From Candidatus Moanibacter sp. (GTDB lineage Bacteria > Verrucomicrobiota > Verrucomicrobiia > Opitutales > UBA2987): a stretch of 64,000 nt of DNA. Below are positions 50,410 to 60,075 of this stretch, one piece after another. The stretch lies in contig CBDCEW010000100.1 of the NCBI GenBank assembly GCA_965215885.1, positions 32,001 to 96,000 on the forward strand, in the 5' to 3' direction. Both the position numbers and the translations under genes were made by a program. Numbering within the stretch: the first letter of the stretch is position 1; the number at the start of each line of letters is the position of its first letter. Under the pieces are notes generated by a model. The model did no database searches. It worked only from the letters and a program-made list of their open reading frames with translations, and was not told the origin of the DNA.

Positions 50410-51297
50410 TCATCCCGACCCTGCCAACCAGACCCGTTCGCCGTCGGATTCCAGAATGGGCTGCTCTCCATCGGGCAAATTCACGGTGCCTAAATGTGCC
50501 CCGGGACCGTAGAGTACCGCCCGCTGCTCCGGGGTCAGCTCGGATACCCATTCGCCGTAGCGCTTTTGGGGTTCGAAGTGGCGCCCGACGTACCGCGCGG
50601 CTCCGCGTGAGGCGTACTTGTAGAGCACGGAGCGACGCTCGTGATCGGCGCGCCACGGCAAGGCGCCGTGAGCCGCCGTTTCGGCGAAAAAGAGTAGATC
50701 ACCGGCGCGCATCGCCGGCTGCACGACCACCCCCATATCCTCTTCCATGTCGATCAATTCGGGCGGCATGGGTTCGCGGCTCTTGTGGCTGCCGGGGATA
50801 ACACAGAATCCGCCTTCACCTTCGGCGCAATCGGCCAACTGCCACGCCACCGTTACTCCCCGGCAATGGATCCTGCCGTTTTGCACGTGATACCAGACAG
50901 GCGGGTTGAACGGAGTTCCCGAACCGTGGAGGCGGTGTCCTTCGGTGCCCTTGGTAGCGCCGAGCAACCATGGGCCGTGGTCGAGGCGAAAACCGGGGCC
51001 GCAAAAGGCATTGAGACATGATACCACGACCGGGTGCACCAGCATACGCCGGAAAGGCGCGCGGTGCGGCTCCGGCCAACCGAGCATGCCCGTCAATTCG
51101 AGGCGCCGGGATTTGCCCACAAACCCAACCGCGCCGCCCGAGGTGCTGTCCGCGCGGGGTTTTACCTGATCGCGATAGTGGTCGAGAGCCGCGTTCGCCG
51201 CCGCTACCTCATTGACAGTGAGCACACCCGGAACGACCAGGAAACCTTGCAGGTCGAAGGTGTATTTTTCCTCTTCTGAAATCTGGAATCCGTGCAT
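50410..51297 (-). CDS. PhyH-family oxygenase (HxS variant)
   Basis: FDLQGFLV, LHGSG, GGFCVIPGSHK, AGDLLFF.E...HG. Confidence 0.85.
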   Translation of the reverse strand: MHGFQISEEEKYTFDLQGFLVVPGVLTVNEVAAANAALDHYRDQVKPRADSTSGGAVGFVGKSRRLELTGMLGWPEPHRAPFRRMLVHPVVVSCLNAFCGPGFRLDHGPWLLGATKGTEGHRLHGSGTPFNPPVWYHVQNGRIHCRGVTVAWQLADCAEGEGGFCVIPGSHKSREPMPPELIDMEEDMGVVVQPAMRAGDLLFFAETAAHGALPWRADHERRSVLYKYASRGAARYVGRHFEPQKRYGEWVSELTPEQRAVLYGPGAHLGTVNLPDGEQPILESDGERVWLAGSG

Positions 51298-51299
51298 TG

Positions 51300-52190
51300 T
51301 CAAACTCTCGTGGGTTTCCCGACAGAGACCGCACCTTCCCCATCGATATCCAGGAACATTTCGTCGCTGCCCGGCGCTGAAGCGGGTCCGAACATCACCG
51401 CGCGCTCCACCGGAGTCATATCCTCCACTGTCTCTTCACCCCAGTAAATCCCGGGCTCGCACAGTTCACGCGACGGCCCGCCTCGCGTGGCGGAGCGCGT
51501 GGCATATTTGTAGAGGATGGAACGACGGTCGTGGTCGTTGCGCCAGGGATGGCTGCCGTGGGTCTGCGCGCCGTCCATGAAAAAGAGGACGTCCCCGGCC
51601 TTGATTTCGGGTTGAATGACGATACCTTCCGTGCCGTCGCTGTTGCGCACCGTCGGGGGCATGCGGATTTGTGATTTGTGGCTTCCCGGCACGCAGGCGA
51701 ATCCGCCGCCGCCCGCCGGGCAGTCCGTCAGGTTCCAAGTCACCGTTACTCCACCGCAATAGCCCTCGCCGTCCTGGTGGTGGTAGGCGACGTATTCACG
51801 GTGGGGTTCGCCCGATCCATGCATGCGCAGTCCCTCCGTGCCTTTGACCGCGTTGTTGAACTGCGGGCCGTGGTCGAGCCGGAAACCCGGACCGCACATC
51901 CAGTTGAGTCGCATCACCACGGCAGGATGGACGAGGAGGTTTCGGAAGGGTTCGCAGTGCGGTTTCTGAAGATTCAGCAGGTTTTGCCCGCTGTACCACC
52001 GTGGTCCGGTGCCTTTCAGAAAGCGAGAGTCGCCGGTGCTCTGTGCTCCCATAACGATTTGCTCAAGAACAGTGTCGATGGCGGCGTTGGCCGCGGCGAT
52101 CTCCTTGGCGCCTATAACGCCCCGAACAACCAGGTAACCCGTCAAGTCCCAGAAATACCGCTCGCGGCGGTCTGCTTTTTGGTTTTCCAT
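51300..52190 (-). CDS. PhyH-family oxygenase (HxS variant), tandem paralog
   Basis: WDLTGYLV, MHGSG, GGFACVPGSHK, THGSHPW. Confidence 0.85.
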   Translation of the reverse strand: MENQKADRRERYFWDLTGYLVVRGVIGAKEIAAANAAIDTVLEQIVMGAQSTGDSRFLKGTGPRWYSGQNLLNLQKPHCEPFRNLLVHPAVVMRLNWMCGPGFRLDHGPQFNNAVKGTEGLRMHGSGEPHREYVAYHHQDGEGYCGGVTVTWNLTDCPAGGGGFACVPGSHKSQIRMPPTVRNSDGTEGIVIQPEIKAGDVLFFMDGAQTHGSHPWRNDHDRRSILYKYATRSATRGGPSRELCEPGIYWGEETVEDMTPVERAVMFGPASAPGSDEMFLDIDGEGAVSVGKPTRV

Positions 52191-52221
52191 ATTTGCTCCA
52201 ACCGTTAACAGAGTTGCACCC

Positions 52222-53238
52222 ATGAATCCATTCGAATCCATCGCTATTGGCAATGCCGGCGTTGAAGTGACCCGCTTGGGCCTTGGCGGAGCCGCGGTGA
52301 GCGGCATGGTGCTGGCCGACGGCCTCTACCGCGGGAGCGGTTACGAGGAGGCGTTGCGTGTCATTCGCCGCTGTCACGAAGTCGGCATTCGCTACTTCGA
52401 CACCGCTCCCCTCTACGGTTGGGGAAGAAGCGAGCATCGCTTCGGGCAGGTGCTGGGCGCCTTGCCCCGCGATAGCTTCACTCTCTCGACCAAGGTATCC
52501 CGCACCCTCGTGCCAGGGGAACCCGGTGAAGTCACCTCGCGCGACGAGGACGGCATCCCGGATTACGCCTGCGTATTTGATTTTTCCGAATCCGGAATCC
52601 GGGCCCAATTGGCCTCGAGCCTTGAACGGCTAAGAGTGGACTATGTGGACATCCTCTATCTCCACGACAGCGACTACGCCGGCGAGCATACCGACGCGCA
52701 ATTTGCCGAAGGGCTCGAAGCGCTCTCGAAGATGCGGGAGGAAGGTATCGTCAAGGCGATCGGCATGGGGATGAACCAGTGGGAGGTGACCGCGCGCATG
52801 GTCGAGCGGTTCGATCTCGACATTATCCTGTTGGCGGGCCGCTACACGCTGCTCGAGCAAACCGCGCTGCCGGAATTTTTGCCCCTCTGCGTCGAGCGCG
52901 GCGTGCGGCTGACGATCGGTGGCCCTTATAACAGCGGCATCCTGGCGAGCGATTTGGACGGGCCGGCAAGCTTCGATTACCTGGGGGCGCCGGAGGAGAT
53001 GCTGGTAAAGGCCCGGAGCCTCAAGGCGGTATGTGACCGCCACGGGGTCAATCTCAAAGCCGCCGCGCTGCAGTTCATCGCCGCGCACCCGGCGGTGGCC
53101 ACGATTATTCCCGGATCCACGACAGTCGCCATAGTCGAGGAGAATGTGCGTATGTTCGAAGAAGAAATTCCCGTTGCGTTGTGGGCGGAGTTAAAGGCCG
53201 AAAAGTTGCTGCCCGATTCGGCGCCGGCGCCGGGGTGA
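52222..53238 (+). CDS. Aldo/keto reductase (aldose 1-dehydrogenase-like)
   Basis: FDTAPLYG.G.SE, LSTKV, SLERL..DYVDILYLHD, LLAGRYTLL. Confidence 0.9.
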   Translation: MNPFESIAIGNAGVEVTRLGLGGAAVSGMVLADGLYRGSGYEEALRVIRRCHEVGIRYFDTAPLYGWGRSEHRFGQVLGALPRDSFTLSTKVSRTLVPGEPGEVTSRDEDGIPDYACVFDFSESGIRAQLASSLERLRVDYVDILYLHDSDYAGEHTDAQFAEGLEALSKMREEGIVKAIGMGMNQWEVTARMVERFDLDIILLAGRYTLLEQTALPEFLPLCVERGVRLTIGGPYNSGILASDLDGPASFDYLGAPEEMLVKARSLKAVCDRHGVNLKAAALQFIAAHPAVATIIPGSTTVAIVEENVRMFEEEIPVALWAELKAEKLLPDSAPAPG

Positions 53239-53289
53239 GGGGAGGCAGAGGCCGGATCGCAGATGTCAGAAGTCAGAGGTCAGAAGTGA

Positions 53290-54480
53290 ATGATCGTTAG
53301 CGACAATAACCCCACCCCGTCCATCGACCAATACAACGTCGTCTGGACGACCCAGAGCAAACACTTCGGGGAGTCCATACCTTGCGGCGGCGGCGATAAC
53401 GGCAAGGACTGTTTCGATTTCCAAGTCCGGCAACAAGCGCTCGAACCGGTGCGCGGGGACATGGTAAATCCGCTCGAAAACCTCGTCAGGGGCGGGGCGC
53501 TCGTCGGCGACGACTTCGCGCTTTCCGAAGAGACCGCCGGTGAATACGCGGGATGCCCCTTTCACGGTTGGAAGTACGCCAGCCGTTCCCCGGCTCGCTC
53601 GCACCGAATACGCGTCTGCCTGCACACGGACCAGGTGGAGCGCCATGATACCTGGGACGCAGCGCTGCAAGAGCTGATCGACCTCCCGCCGGAAGCGGAC
53701 CGCGACGCTTGGCGCGAGCAGCGGAAATCGTGGTCCGGTTTCTGGGACCGGAGCCATGTGGTCATTAACTCGGGCCGCGGCGAAGAAGACGTCGGTTGGA
53801 GGATCGGGCGCAATTACCAGCTCTTTCGCTACATGCTCGGTTGTAATCGGAACGGCCGCGAGCCCACCCTTTTCAACGGCGGACTCTTCACCTTTGATCC
53901 GCTCTACGTCAACGGGAAGAAGGGGCCGGGCTACACACCGGACCACCGTCAGTGGGGCGCGGCGTTTACCGCGCAGAACCAGCGGCTGTTGTACTGGCCG
54001 ATGCTGAAATCCGGCGATTTCGACCTCATGCCGCCGGGATTCTCGTTCTGCCCGATTTGGATATGATGAAACAGATCTCATTGGCTACCGGCAGCGACAG
54101 GTTTGAAACCGATTCCTGGCAACAGGCCAACATCCACGCGGCGCGGCTTGGCGACGCCGAAGTCGCGCGGGATCTTAACGCCCGAAAAATGGAAAACGGA
54201 CCCTACCGCTTTCCGGCGTTCTGGCCCGAGACCATCGACTGGGCTCCCGACCACAATTGGGGAGGCAGCGGCATGATCGGCATCCAGGAGATGCTGCTGC
54301 AGACGCATTTCGCGTCCGGCGAGCTCGGAAAAATACGACTCCTTCCGGCATGGCCGGCCGAGTGGGACGTGGACTTCAAACTCCACGCGCCGGGCCGGAC
54401 GACGGTTGAATGCAGATTCGAATCCGGCGAGATAGTGTGTTTGAAAGTGGAGCCTAAGGAGCGGCAATCCGACTTCGCCC
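53290..54480 (+). pseudogene. GH95-like (DUF5703-type) glycosidase remnant with internal deletions
   Basis: YNVVWTTQS...PCGGGD, NYQLFRY, FTAQNQRL.YWP, PDHNWGG...QEMLLQ, LLPAWP..W in two frames. Confidence 0.65.
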
Positions 54481-54489
54481 ATTGTTCCC

Positions 54490-54705
54490 CGGAATCGTTT
54501 TACGCGGCTGCGAAAGATTTGGCCGGCAGTGTGAAGGACGGGCCCCCTGATTTATCGACCGATCCCAAATACCTCGAGGGATTCGGACGGTGAGGGAACG
54601 GATTATCGCGGATACCGGAACGCTTGTCGCCTTTCTCAGCGAGCGGGACAACTATCACGAATGGGTGGTTAAGGAAGCGGGAAGCCTTGATTCGCCGTTC
54701 TTTTC
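54490..54705 (+). pseudogene. Truncated vapBC-type toxin-antitoxin remnant
   Basis: Antitoxin-like tail DLAGSV.DGP.DLSTDPKYLEGFG overlapping (GTGA) a PIN N-terminus IIADTGTLVAFL...D.YH.W, which then breaks off. Confidence 0.6.
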
Positions 54706-54730
54706 GAATATGGTGGTTGCGGCAGGTGCC

Positions 54731-55477
54731 TCATTCATCCACCAGGAGTCGCAGACTTGCCAGACTGTCTACAATGTTGTCTCCGTCATCGAACTTGATG
54801 GCATATTTACCTTCGGTGGAGGTATTCGATACGGTTCCGGGATAGTATCTCCCGTCGGTCCAGCGAGCCAGAACCCGCGTACCGGCTCTCACTTGGCTTG
54901 CGGATGGAGGCCGGTCGGGCACGATCAAAGATGGCGCAAGGTCTGCTTGATCTCCATCATCGAAGTCGACATGGAAACCGATCGGCCTCTTCGCCGTTAC
55001 CTTGCCGTGATACCATGCATTGGGCTTCCACTGTGCCCAGACACTATCGCCAATTTTTGTATTCTCAAAAGCCCCCGGTGTCGCAGCGCGTAGCCGGATC
55101 TGTGCAACCGCGACTGTTCTCCTATCTCCGTCGTCAAACCATATTCGGAATTCCCCCTTTTCACTTACATTCGCGACCGTGCCGGGGTAGTATCTTCCGT
55201 CAGTCCACTGCGCCAGAACACGGATGCCGACTCGAACCAGCGCTGCCGATGAAACTTTGTCGACCACGATCAAAGATGGTGAGAGGACTGCTTGATCTCC
55301 ATCGTCGAAAGCTACGCGGAAACCGGGGGGGTTCTTCTCGGTTACCTTTCCGTGATACCATGCATTCGGTTTCCACTGCGCCCAAACGACGTCCCCGACT
55401 TGAGGGGGCTGTCCAAGACCTAATGTAGAGGCGGCAATGAAACAGGCTGTGATGAGAGCAGGGATTCTTTTTATCAT
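54731..55477 (-). CDS. Secreted protein with four Tudor/Agenet-like domains
   Basis: Signal-like MIKRIPALITACFIAASTLG; four repeats of G..V.A.W....Y.G.V.......FDDGD in an ABAB layout. Confidence 0.8.
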   Translation of the reverse strand: MIKRIPALITACFIAASTLGLGQPPQVGDVVWAQWKPNAWYHGKVTEKNPPGFRVAFDDGDQAVLSPSLIVVDKVSSAALVRVGIRVLAQWTDGRYYPGTVANVSEKGEFRIWFDDGDRRTVAVAQIRLRAATPGAFENTKIGDSVWAQWKPNAWYHGKVTAKRPIGFHVDFDDGDQADLAPSLIVPDRPPSASQVRAGTRVLARWTDGRYYPGTVSNTSTEGKYAIKFDDGDNIVDSLASLRLLVDE

Positions 55478-55680
55478 GTATTTTTCTTCTTTCCGTAAAC
55501 AATTGCTTTGATGAAAAAGTGGTCGTTTGGTAATCCTCGACCACCCTGTCGTACGGCAAGGCGGCTTTTTTCTGTTCAAAGATGCATGTCAAGGCTGCAT
55601 CGTGGTTTATCGGACGGATTTTGTCCACTGCCATGAAGCTACGCAGGTACCTGCCGTACAGCGGAGTGATACTTTGACTC

Positions 55681-55722
55681 AACCCACCCCTGTCCCCTCC
55701 CAGGAAGGGACAGGGGTGGGTT
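55681..55722. repeat. Perfect 16-bp inverted repeat (REP-like)
   Basis: aacccacccctgtccc-N10-gggacaggggtgggtt. Confidence 0.7.
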
Positions 55723-55841
55723 TGTTCCAAGACGGCTTCTACCATCAGAAAACGTCAACTCATCGCCCGAAAACCGGCATGTGCACTAAAATTTCAATTC
55801 CGTTTGGCGAATTGCTTGAACGATTTGTCCCGAATCGCACC

Positions 55842-56711
55842 ATGTTCACCATGCAAACCGTGGAAATCAGTCTTTCGGAGAGAGAAAGCGGGGAGATGAG
55901 AGAGGCGACCCTGAATGCTGCCGTCGAAGCCATTATTCGGGACGGAGTGGTGCTGCTTCCGCAAATGATTGATGTCGGCCATGTCGATGCCCTTGGAGAG
56001 AAGATGCAGGCCGACATCCGCCGGCTGAGTGGGGCGGAGCGTTTTCAAGGGAGCTGGTCCGGCATCCGTCCCCCGCCATTCGCCCCGTATTTGTTCAAAG
56101 ACATTGTCTATAATGAAATGGCGATCGCAGTGACACACCGTATTATGGGCGACGGAGTAGCTCTCGATTCCTATGGTGCCAATACTGCGTTTAAGGGAGA
56201 CCAGGCGCAGTCCATCCATTCCGACACCCATCAGCTATGGCCACATCTGGAAGTGACTCCACCACCTCACTGCATTGTTGTAAATGTCTGCCTTTCCGAT
56301 GTCGACGAGACCAACGGTGGAACGAAAATCTGGCCGGGAACGCATACCGATAATCGGATCGTGGCCGATAACCGAAGGCCTACTGCCGATATGGTTGCCG
56401 AATGGGAAGAGAGGCGGCCACCTGAACAGGTACACAGCAAAAAGGGAGATCTTATACTGCGTGATATGCGAGTGTGGCATTGTGGGATGCCCAACACGAC
56501 CGATACCCCGAGAGTGATGTTGGCCATGATTCATCGACCTCAGTGGGCGATAAAATGGGGTTTTGAGGCGGAGAAAGGATCGGAGGGATTCTTCGACCAT
56601 CCGATTTTGGACCATACGGCGGTCTTCCTCGAGCGACCCATCGACTATCTTCATCAGGGACACAGTCAACCGAGGCTCACCCCTGCTACGGTATCCGCTG
56701 CTCGCACCTGA
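55842..56711 (+). CDS. PhyH-family Fe/2OG dioxygenase
   Basis: QSIHSD, NGGTKIWPGTH, GDLILRD.RVWH. Confidence 0.88.
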   Translation: MFTMQTVEISLSERESGEMREATLNAAVEAIIRDGVVLLPQMIDVGHVDALGEKMQADIRRLSGAERFQGSWSGIRPPPFAPYLFKDIVYNEMAIAVTHRIMGDGVALDSYGANTAFKGDQAQSIHSDTHQLWPHLEVTPPPHCIVVNVCLSDVDETNGGTKIWPGTHTDNRIVADNRRPTADMVAEWEERRPPEQVHSKKGDLILRDMRVWHCGMPNTTDTPRVMLAMIHRPQWAIKWGFEAEKGSEGFFDHPILDHTAVFLERPIDYLHQGHSQPRLTPATVSAART

Positions 56712-56756
56712 AGTTTCAGTTGGGCCTTCGCCCGCCGCCAAAAGGCAAAGAGCGGA

Positions 56757-56907
56757 TTCTCGTCCTCGTTCTCCTTCTCGGAGCGGAGCAATCTTTATCG
56801 AACGATCTATTCGAGAGACTACTCGTAACACTCTCCGATTCATGTTGATCGAGCGCCTGTTTTGTCTTTCGGCCTGCTTCGAGGACGAGGACGAGGACGA
56901 AGACGAT
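56757..56907. repeat. Repeat family B copy
   Basis: Homologous to 11987-12117; ends in gaggacgaggacgaggacgaagacg. Confidence 0.75.
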
Positions 56908-57100
56908 ATTAAATCCGCGAACTGGGAAGCCCGGCGATGCCGAGGTCTGCCCCCGAACCCTCACACTCGCCACCCGTCTCTCGAATCCTTCCACCTCCTC
57001 TTCCTCCTTTGTGTTTGTGCCTCGGTTTCGAACCTCCCATATTTCCCGTTGATGGGCAACACGCCCTCAGTAAAGTAATCAACAACTCACAGGATACACC

Positions 57101-58135
57101 ATGCCGCTTGAACTTATCGCCGATCGTCCCGGCCACGCCATCCTCAGCGAATATGAAGAGCTCGCGCTCGAACCGTATCAGGTTCGGATCAAGAGCCTCT
57201 TCAGCTCGGTAAAGCACGGGACCGAACTCCGCGGCTTCCGCGCCGATACTCCCGACGCCTCCGACCGCTGGGATGGCGAGTTAACGCTCCACCGCCGCGG
57301 TGAATCGGCGGGTGATGCACTCCTCCGCAAACTCGGCAACATGTGCCTGGGTGTTGTCACCGAAGTGGGCGGCGAAGTCGAGACATTGAGAGTCGATGAT
57401 CGCGTCTTTGGCCACATGCCCATCCGAGAGACACATACCAAAGCCGCCTCGAGCGTCAAGAAAGCCCCGGAGGGAGTCTCGGCCCAGGCTCTGATGTACT
57501 GGGATCCCGCCGACTTCGCCGTAGGTGCGGTCCGCGACGGTCCGGTGCGCTTAGGCGACCGCGTGGCGGTATTCGGTCTCGGTGCCATTGGCCTGATGGT
57601 CGCGCAGGCGGCCCGTATCTGCGGTGCGAAGTGGGTTGCGATTGTGGATCCAATTGAGCGCCGACGCGACGCTGCGTTGCGCCACGGCGCCGATTTAGCC
57701 CTCGATCCGACGGAGGTGGACGCCGGACTGGAGATCAAGCAGATTACTGATAAATTCGGCGCCGACATCGTCTTCGAAACGAGCGGATCTTACCGCGCCT
57801 TCGAAGACGCCATGCGCTCGACCTGCTACTCTGGAACCCTCGTCTCAACTGCTTATTATCATGGCGACCAGGGTTTGCGCCTGGCCGGCGAGTGGCATCG
57901 CAATCGCATCAATGTCGTTTCCAGCCGCGCCTGCAGCCAACCGCTGCCACAGCCGAGTTGGGATTTCAGACGCATCCAGGAAGAGTCTCTGGCGCTCCTC
58001 GTCGAAGGCCGACTCGAAGTCGACGATCTCGTCGATCCCATCGTGCCCTTCGCCCGGGCGGCTGACGCCTACCACGAGATCAACGAACACCCCGAGCACT
58101 CGATCAAGCTCGGGATCGACCACGAGTTGGAGTAA
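57101..58135 (+). CDS. MDR-family alcohol dehydrogenase
   Basis: GTE motif, VFGLGAIG Rossmann fold, FETSG. Confidence 0.85.
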   Translation: MPLELIADRPGHAILSEYEELALEPYQVRIKSLFSSVKHGTELRGFRADTPDASDRWDGELTLHRRGESAGDALLRKLGNMCLGVVTEVGGEVETLRVDDRVFGHMPIRETHTKAASSVKKAPEGVSAQALMYWDPADFAVGAVRDGPVRLGDRVAVFGLGAIGLMVAQAARICGAKWVAIVDPIERRRDAALRHGADLALDPTEVDAGLEIKQITDKFGADIVFETSGSYRAFEDAMRSTCYSGTLVSTAYYHGDQGLRLAGEWHRNRINVVSSRACSQPLPQPSWDFRRIQEESLALLVEGRLEVDDLVDPIVPFARAADAYHEINEHPEHSIKLGIDHELE

Positions 58136-58197
58136 CCCGCTTGTTTTTTAAGGTTGCTCCGACTGAAGTTTGTGAGATAAGCGTGTTAGGACTGGGA

Positions 58198-59016
58198 ATG
58201 AAAATTGGAATTCATGCTTTTGGAGCGGATGCGCTAACGGCCGATGGGGTAAATCGCGCCCGCGCCGTTGGTGCCGAAGGAATCTGTCTGGGCGTGTTCG
58301 CGGTGGCCGGCTTCCAGGAAGAAGGTGTCGCGAAAGCGGAGGCACTCTCAGACGCGGTGTCCCGCTACGGTGACGCCGGAATCGAGGTGCCGGTTGGCCA
58401 TATCGGCCCGGTGCCCCACGAACTGATGTTGGGCGATCCAGCCTACGAAGACGACTATGGCAAGATCCGATCCAATCTCGAGCGTATGGCGGAAGTGGGA
58501 ATCAAGGCCCTGATACTCTATGTGACTCCTGAGCGGCCGGCTGATGCCGATGACGAGCAGCGGGCGCTGGATGGGTTCATTGCTTTTGCTCGCCGGCTCG
58601 GCGCCGATGCCGATTCGATTGGTGTGGGTATCGCCTGTCACCCGTGGGTGAGCCGACCGGAGCTGTTTCATGGCTACCGGCGTCTGGAGGAGGTGTGCCG
58701 GCAAGTGCCCGATCACGCCTTTGGTATTACTTTCTGTCCGGGTGGTGCTCTCGCGGGAGACGACATGGTTGAAGTGCGCGAGCAGTTCCAGGGCCGGATC
58801 CATTTTGCTCACCTCCGCGACCAGATCGGACTCTCGGATGACTTTGAAGAGGTGTTTCCCGGGACCGGTGATGTCGGTGTGGCGGACCTGGTTCGAGGGC
58901 TGCGCGACTCCGGCTACGAAGGCCTCATCTGTCCGGAGCACCTGGGACCCAAGGAAGAGGGCAGGGACCTGGAAGCGGAGGCCCTGCAGTATTTGAGAGA
59001 GGTGAGAGGGGACTAA
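58198..59016 (+). CDS. Sugar phosphate isomerase/epimerase (xylose-isomerase-like TIM barrel)
   Basis: IHFAHLRD, PGTGDV, GYEGLICPEH. Confidence 0.8.
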   Translation: MKIGIHAFGADALTADGVNRARAVGAEGICLGVFAVAGFQEEGVAKAEALSDAVSRYGDAGIEVPVGHIGPVPHELMLGDPAYEDDYGKIRSNLERMAEVGIKALILYVTPERPADADDEQRALDGFIAFARRLGADADSIGVGIACHPWVSRPELFHGYRRLEEVCRQVPDHAFGITFCPGGALAGDDMVEVREQFQGRIHFAHLRDQIGLSDDFEEVFPGTGDVGVADLVRGLRDSGYEGLICPEHLGPKEEGRDLEAEALQYLREVRGD

Positions 59017-59233
59017 GGTAACGGCCTCTTTCTCGATATTGGATCTTCTTCATCTATTTCTTTTCACCCAACACCTCTGGGATCCGGAAGAGTTCGATTT
59101 GCCGTGGCAGAGCGAACCGGGTTTTGAAATCTTGAGACGAAGCTTCGACGTCAGAATTCGTCCGGCGGAACTTGCTGAGGCCGACGATTGGCAGTCGCGG
59201 CCATTCGCAGGACTTTAAGAGAATAAATCAAGA

Positions 59234-60058
59234 ATGGTAGCTGATCTCGATATCTATCTCTTCGATCTTCGTGGGTATCTGGTAATCGAAAACGCGCTTG
59301 ACACCGAGCATCTTCGGGAAGCGAACTCAATTCTTGACGAGTTGCGCGGATTGAAGCCCGGTGAGTGGTCCGGGTTTGTCCATGGACACGTATTTTCGAC
59401 CGAAAAAGAGGGGCTGAATCTGCAACAGATTTACGAAGCCGGCGAGCCGTTCGAACGTCTGATCGATCATCCGGCCTGGATCGAGCATGTGAAGACTTTC
59501 GTCGGAGGGGAGGGCACCTTTGATTGTCACCATGGTCCTCTTTTTATTGACGAGAATTTTGCCAGTATCCGCGGTCCGGGCGAGGCGATCTTTCTGCACT
59601 CGGGCCCGGTCCCCTGGATCAAAAGGTGCCAGTTTCACGTCCGAAATCAGCAATTCAACTGTGGGCAGATCAATGTGCTGGTGGCGCTGAGTGATATCGG
59701 GTCCGGCGACGGGGCGACGATGGTGGTGCCCGGGAGTCACAAATCAAACTTCCGGCATCCTGAGATTGACAAGATCAGGGCGACTTCGCGAATCGCATCC
59801 GTGGACCTCATACCGGCCGGCGTTGAAGTGCACCTGAAAGCGGGGGACGCGCTTCTCTTCGTCGATGCCATAAGCCACGGTTCGGTGGAACGGGTAAACG
59901 AGGGCGAGCGCAGAAACGTGGTCTACCGTTACGGGCCTTCATGGGGCTTCTTTCGCCACGGATATCGCCCGTCCAAAGAACTGCTCGAGAGGCTGACGGA
60001 GGAACGGCGCAAAATCGTGTGGCCGCATGAACGGATCGCCGGTGCGCCGGGCGCTTGA
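59234..60058 (+). CDS. PhyH-family oxygenase (HxG variant)
   Basis: FDLRGYL, LHSG, GATMVVPGSHKSN, AGDALLFVD..SHGS. Confidence 0.87.
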   Translation: MVADLDIYLFDLRGYLVIENALDTEHLREANSILDELRGLKPGEWSGFVHGHVFSTEKEGLNLQQIYEAGEPFERLIDHPAWIEHVKTFVGGEGTFDCHHGPLFIDENFASIRGPGEAIFLHSGPVPWIKRCQFHVRNQQFNCGQINVLVALSDIGSGDGATMVVPGSHKSNFRHPEIDKIRATSRIASVDLIPAGVEVHLKAGDALLFVDAISHGSVERVNEGERRNVVYRYGPSWGFFRHGYRPSKELLERLTEERRKIVWPHERIAGAPGA

Positions 60059-60075
60059 GGCCGCAAGAGTGCTTA

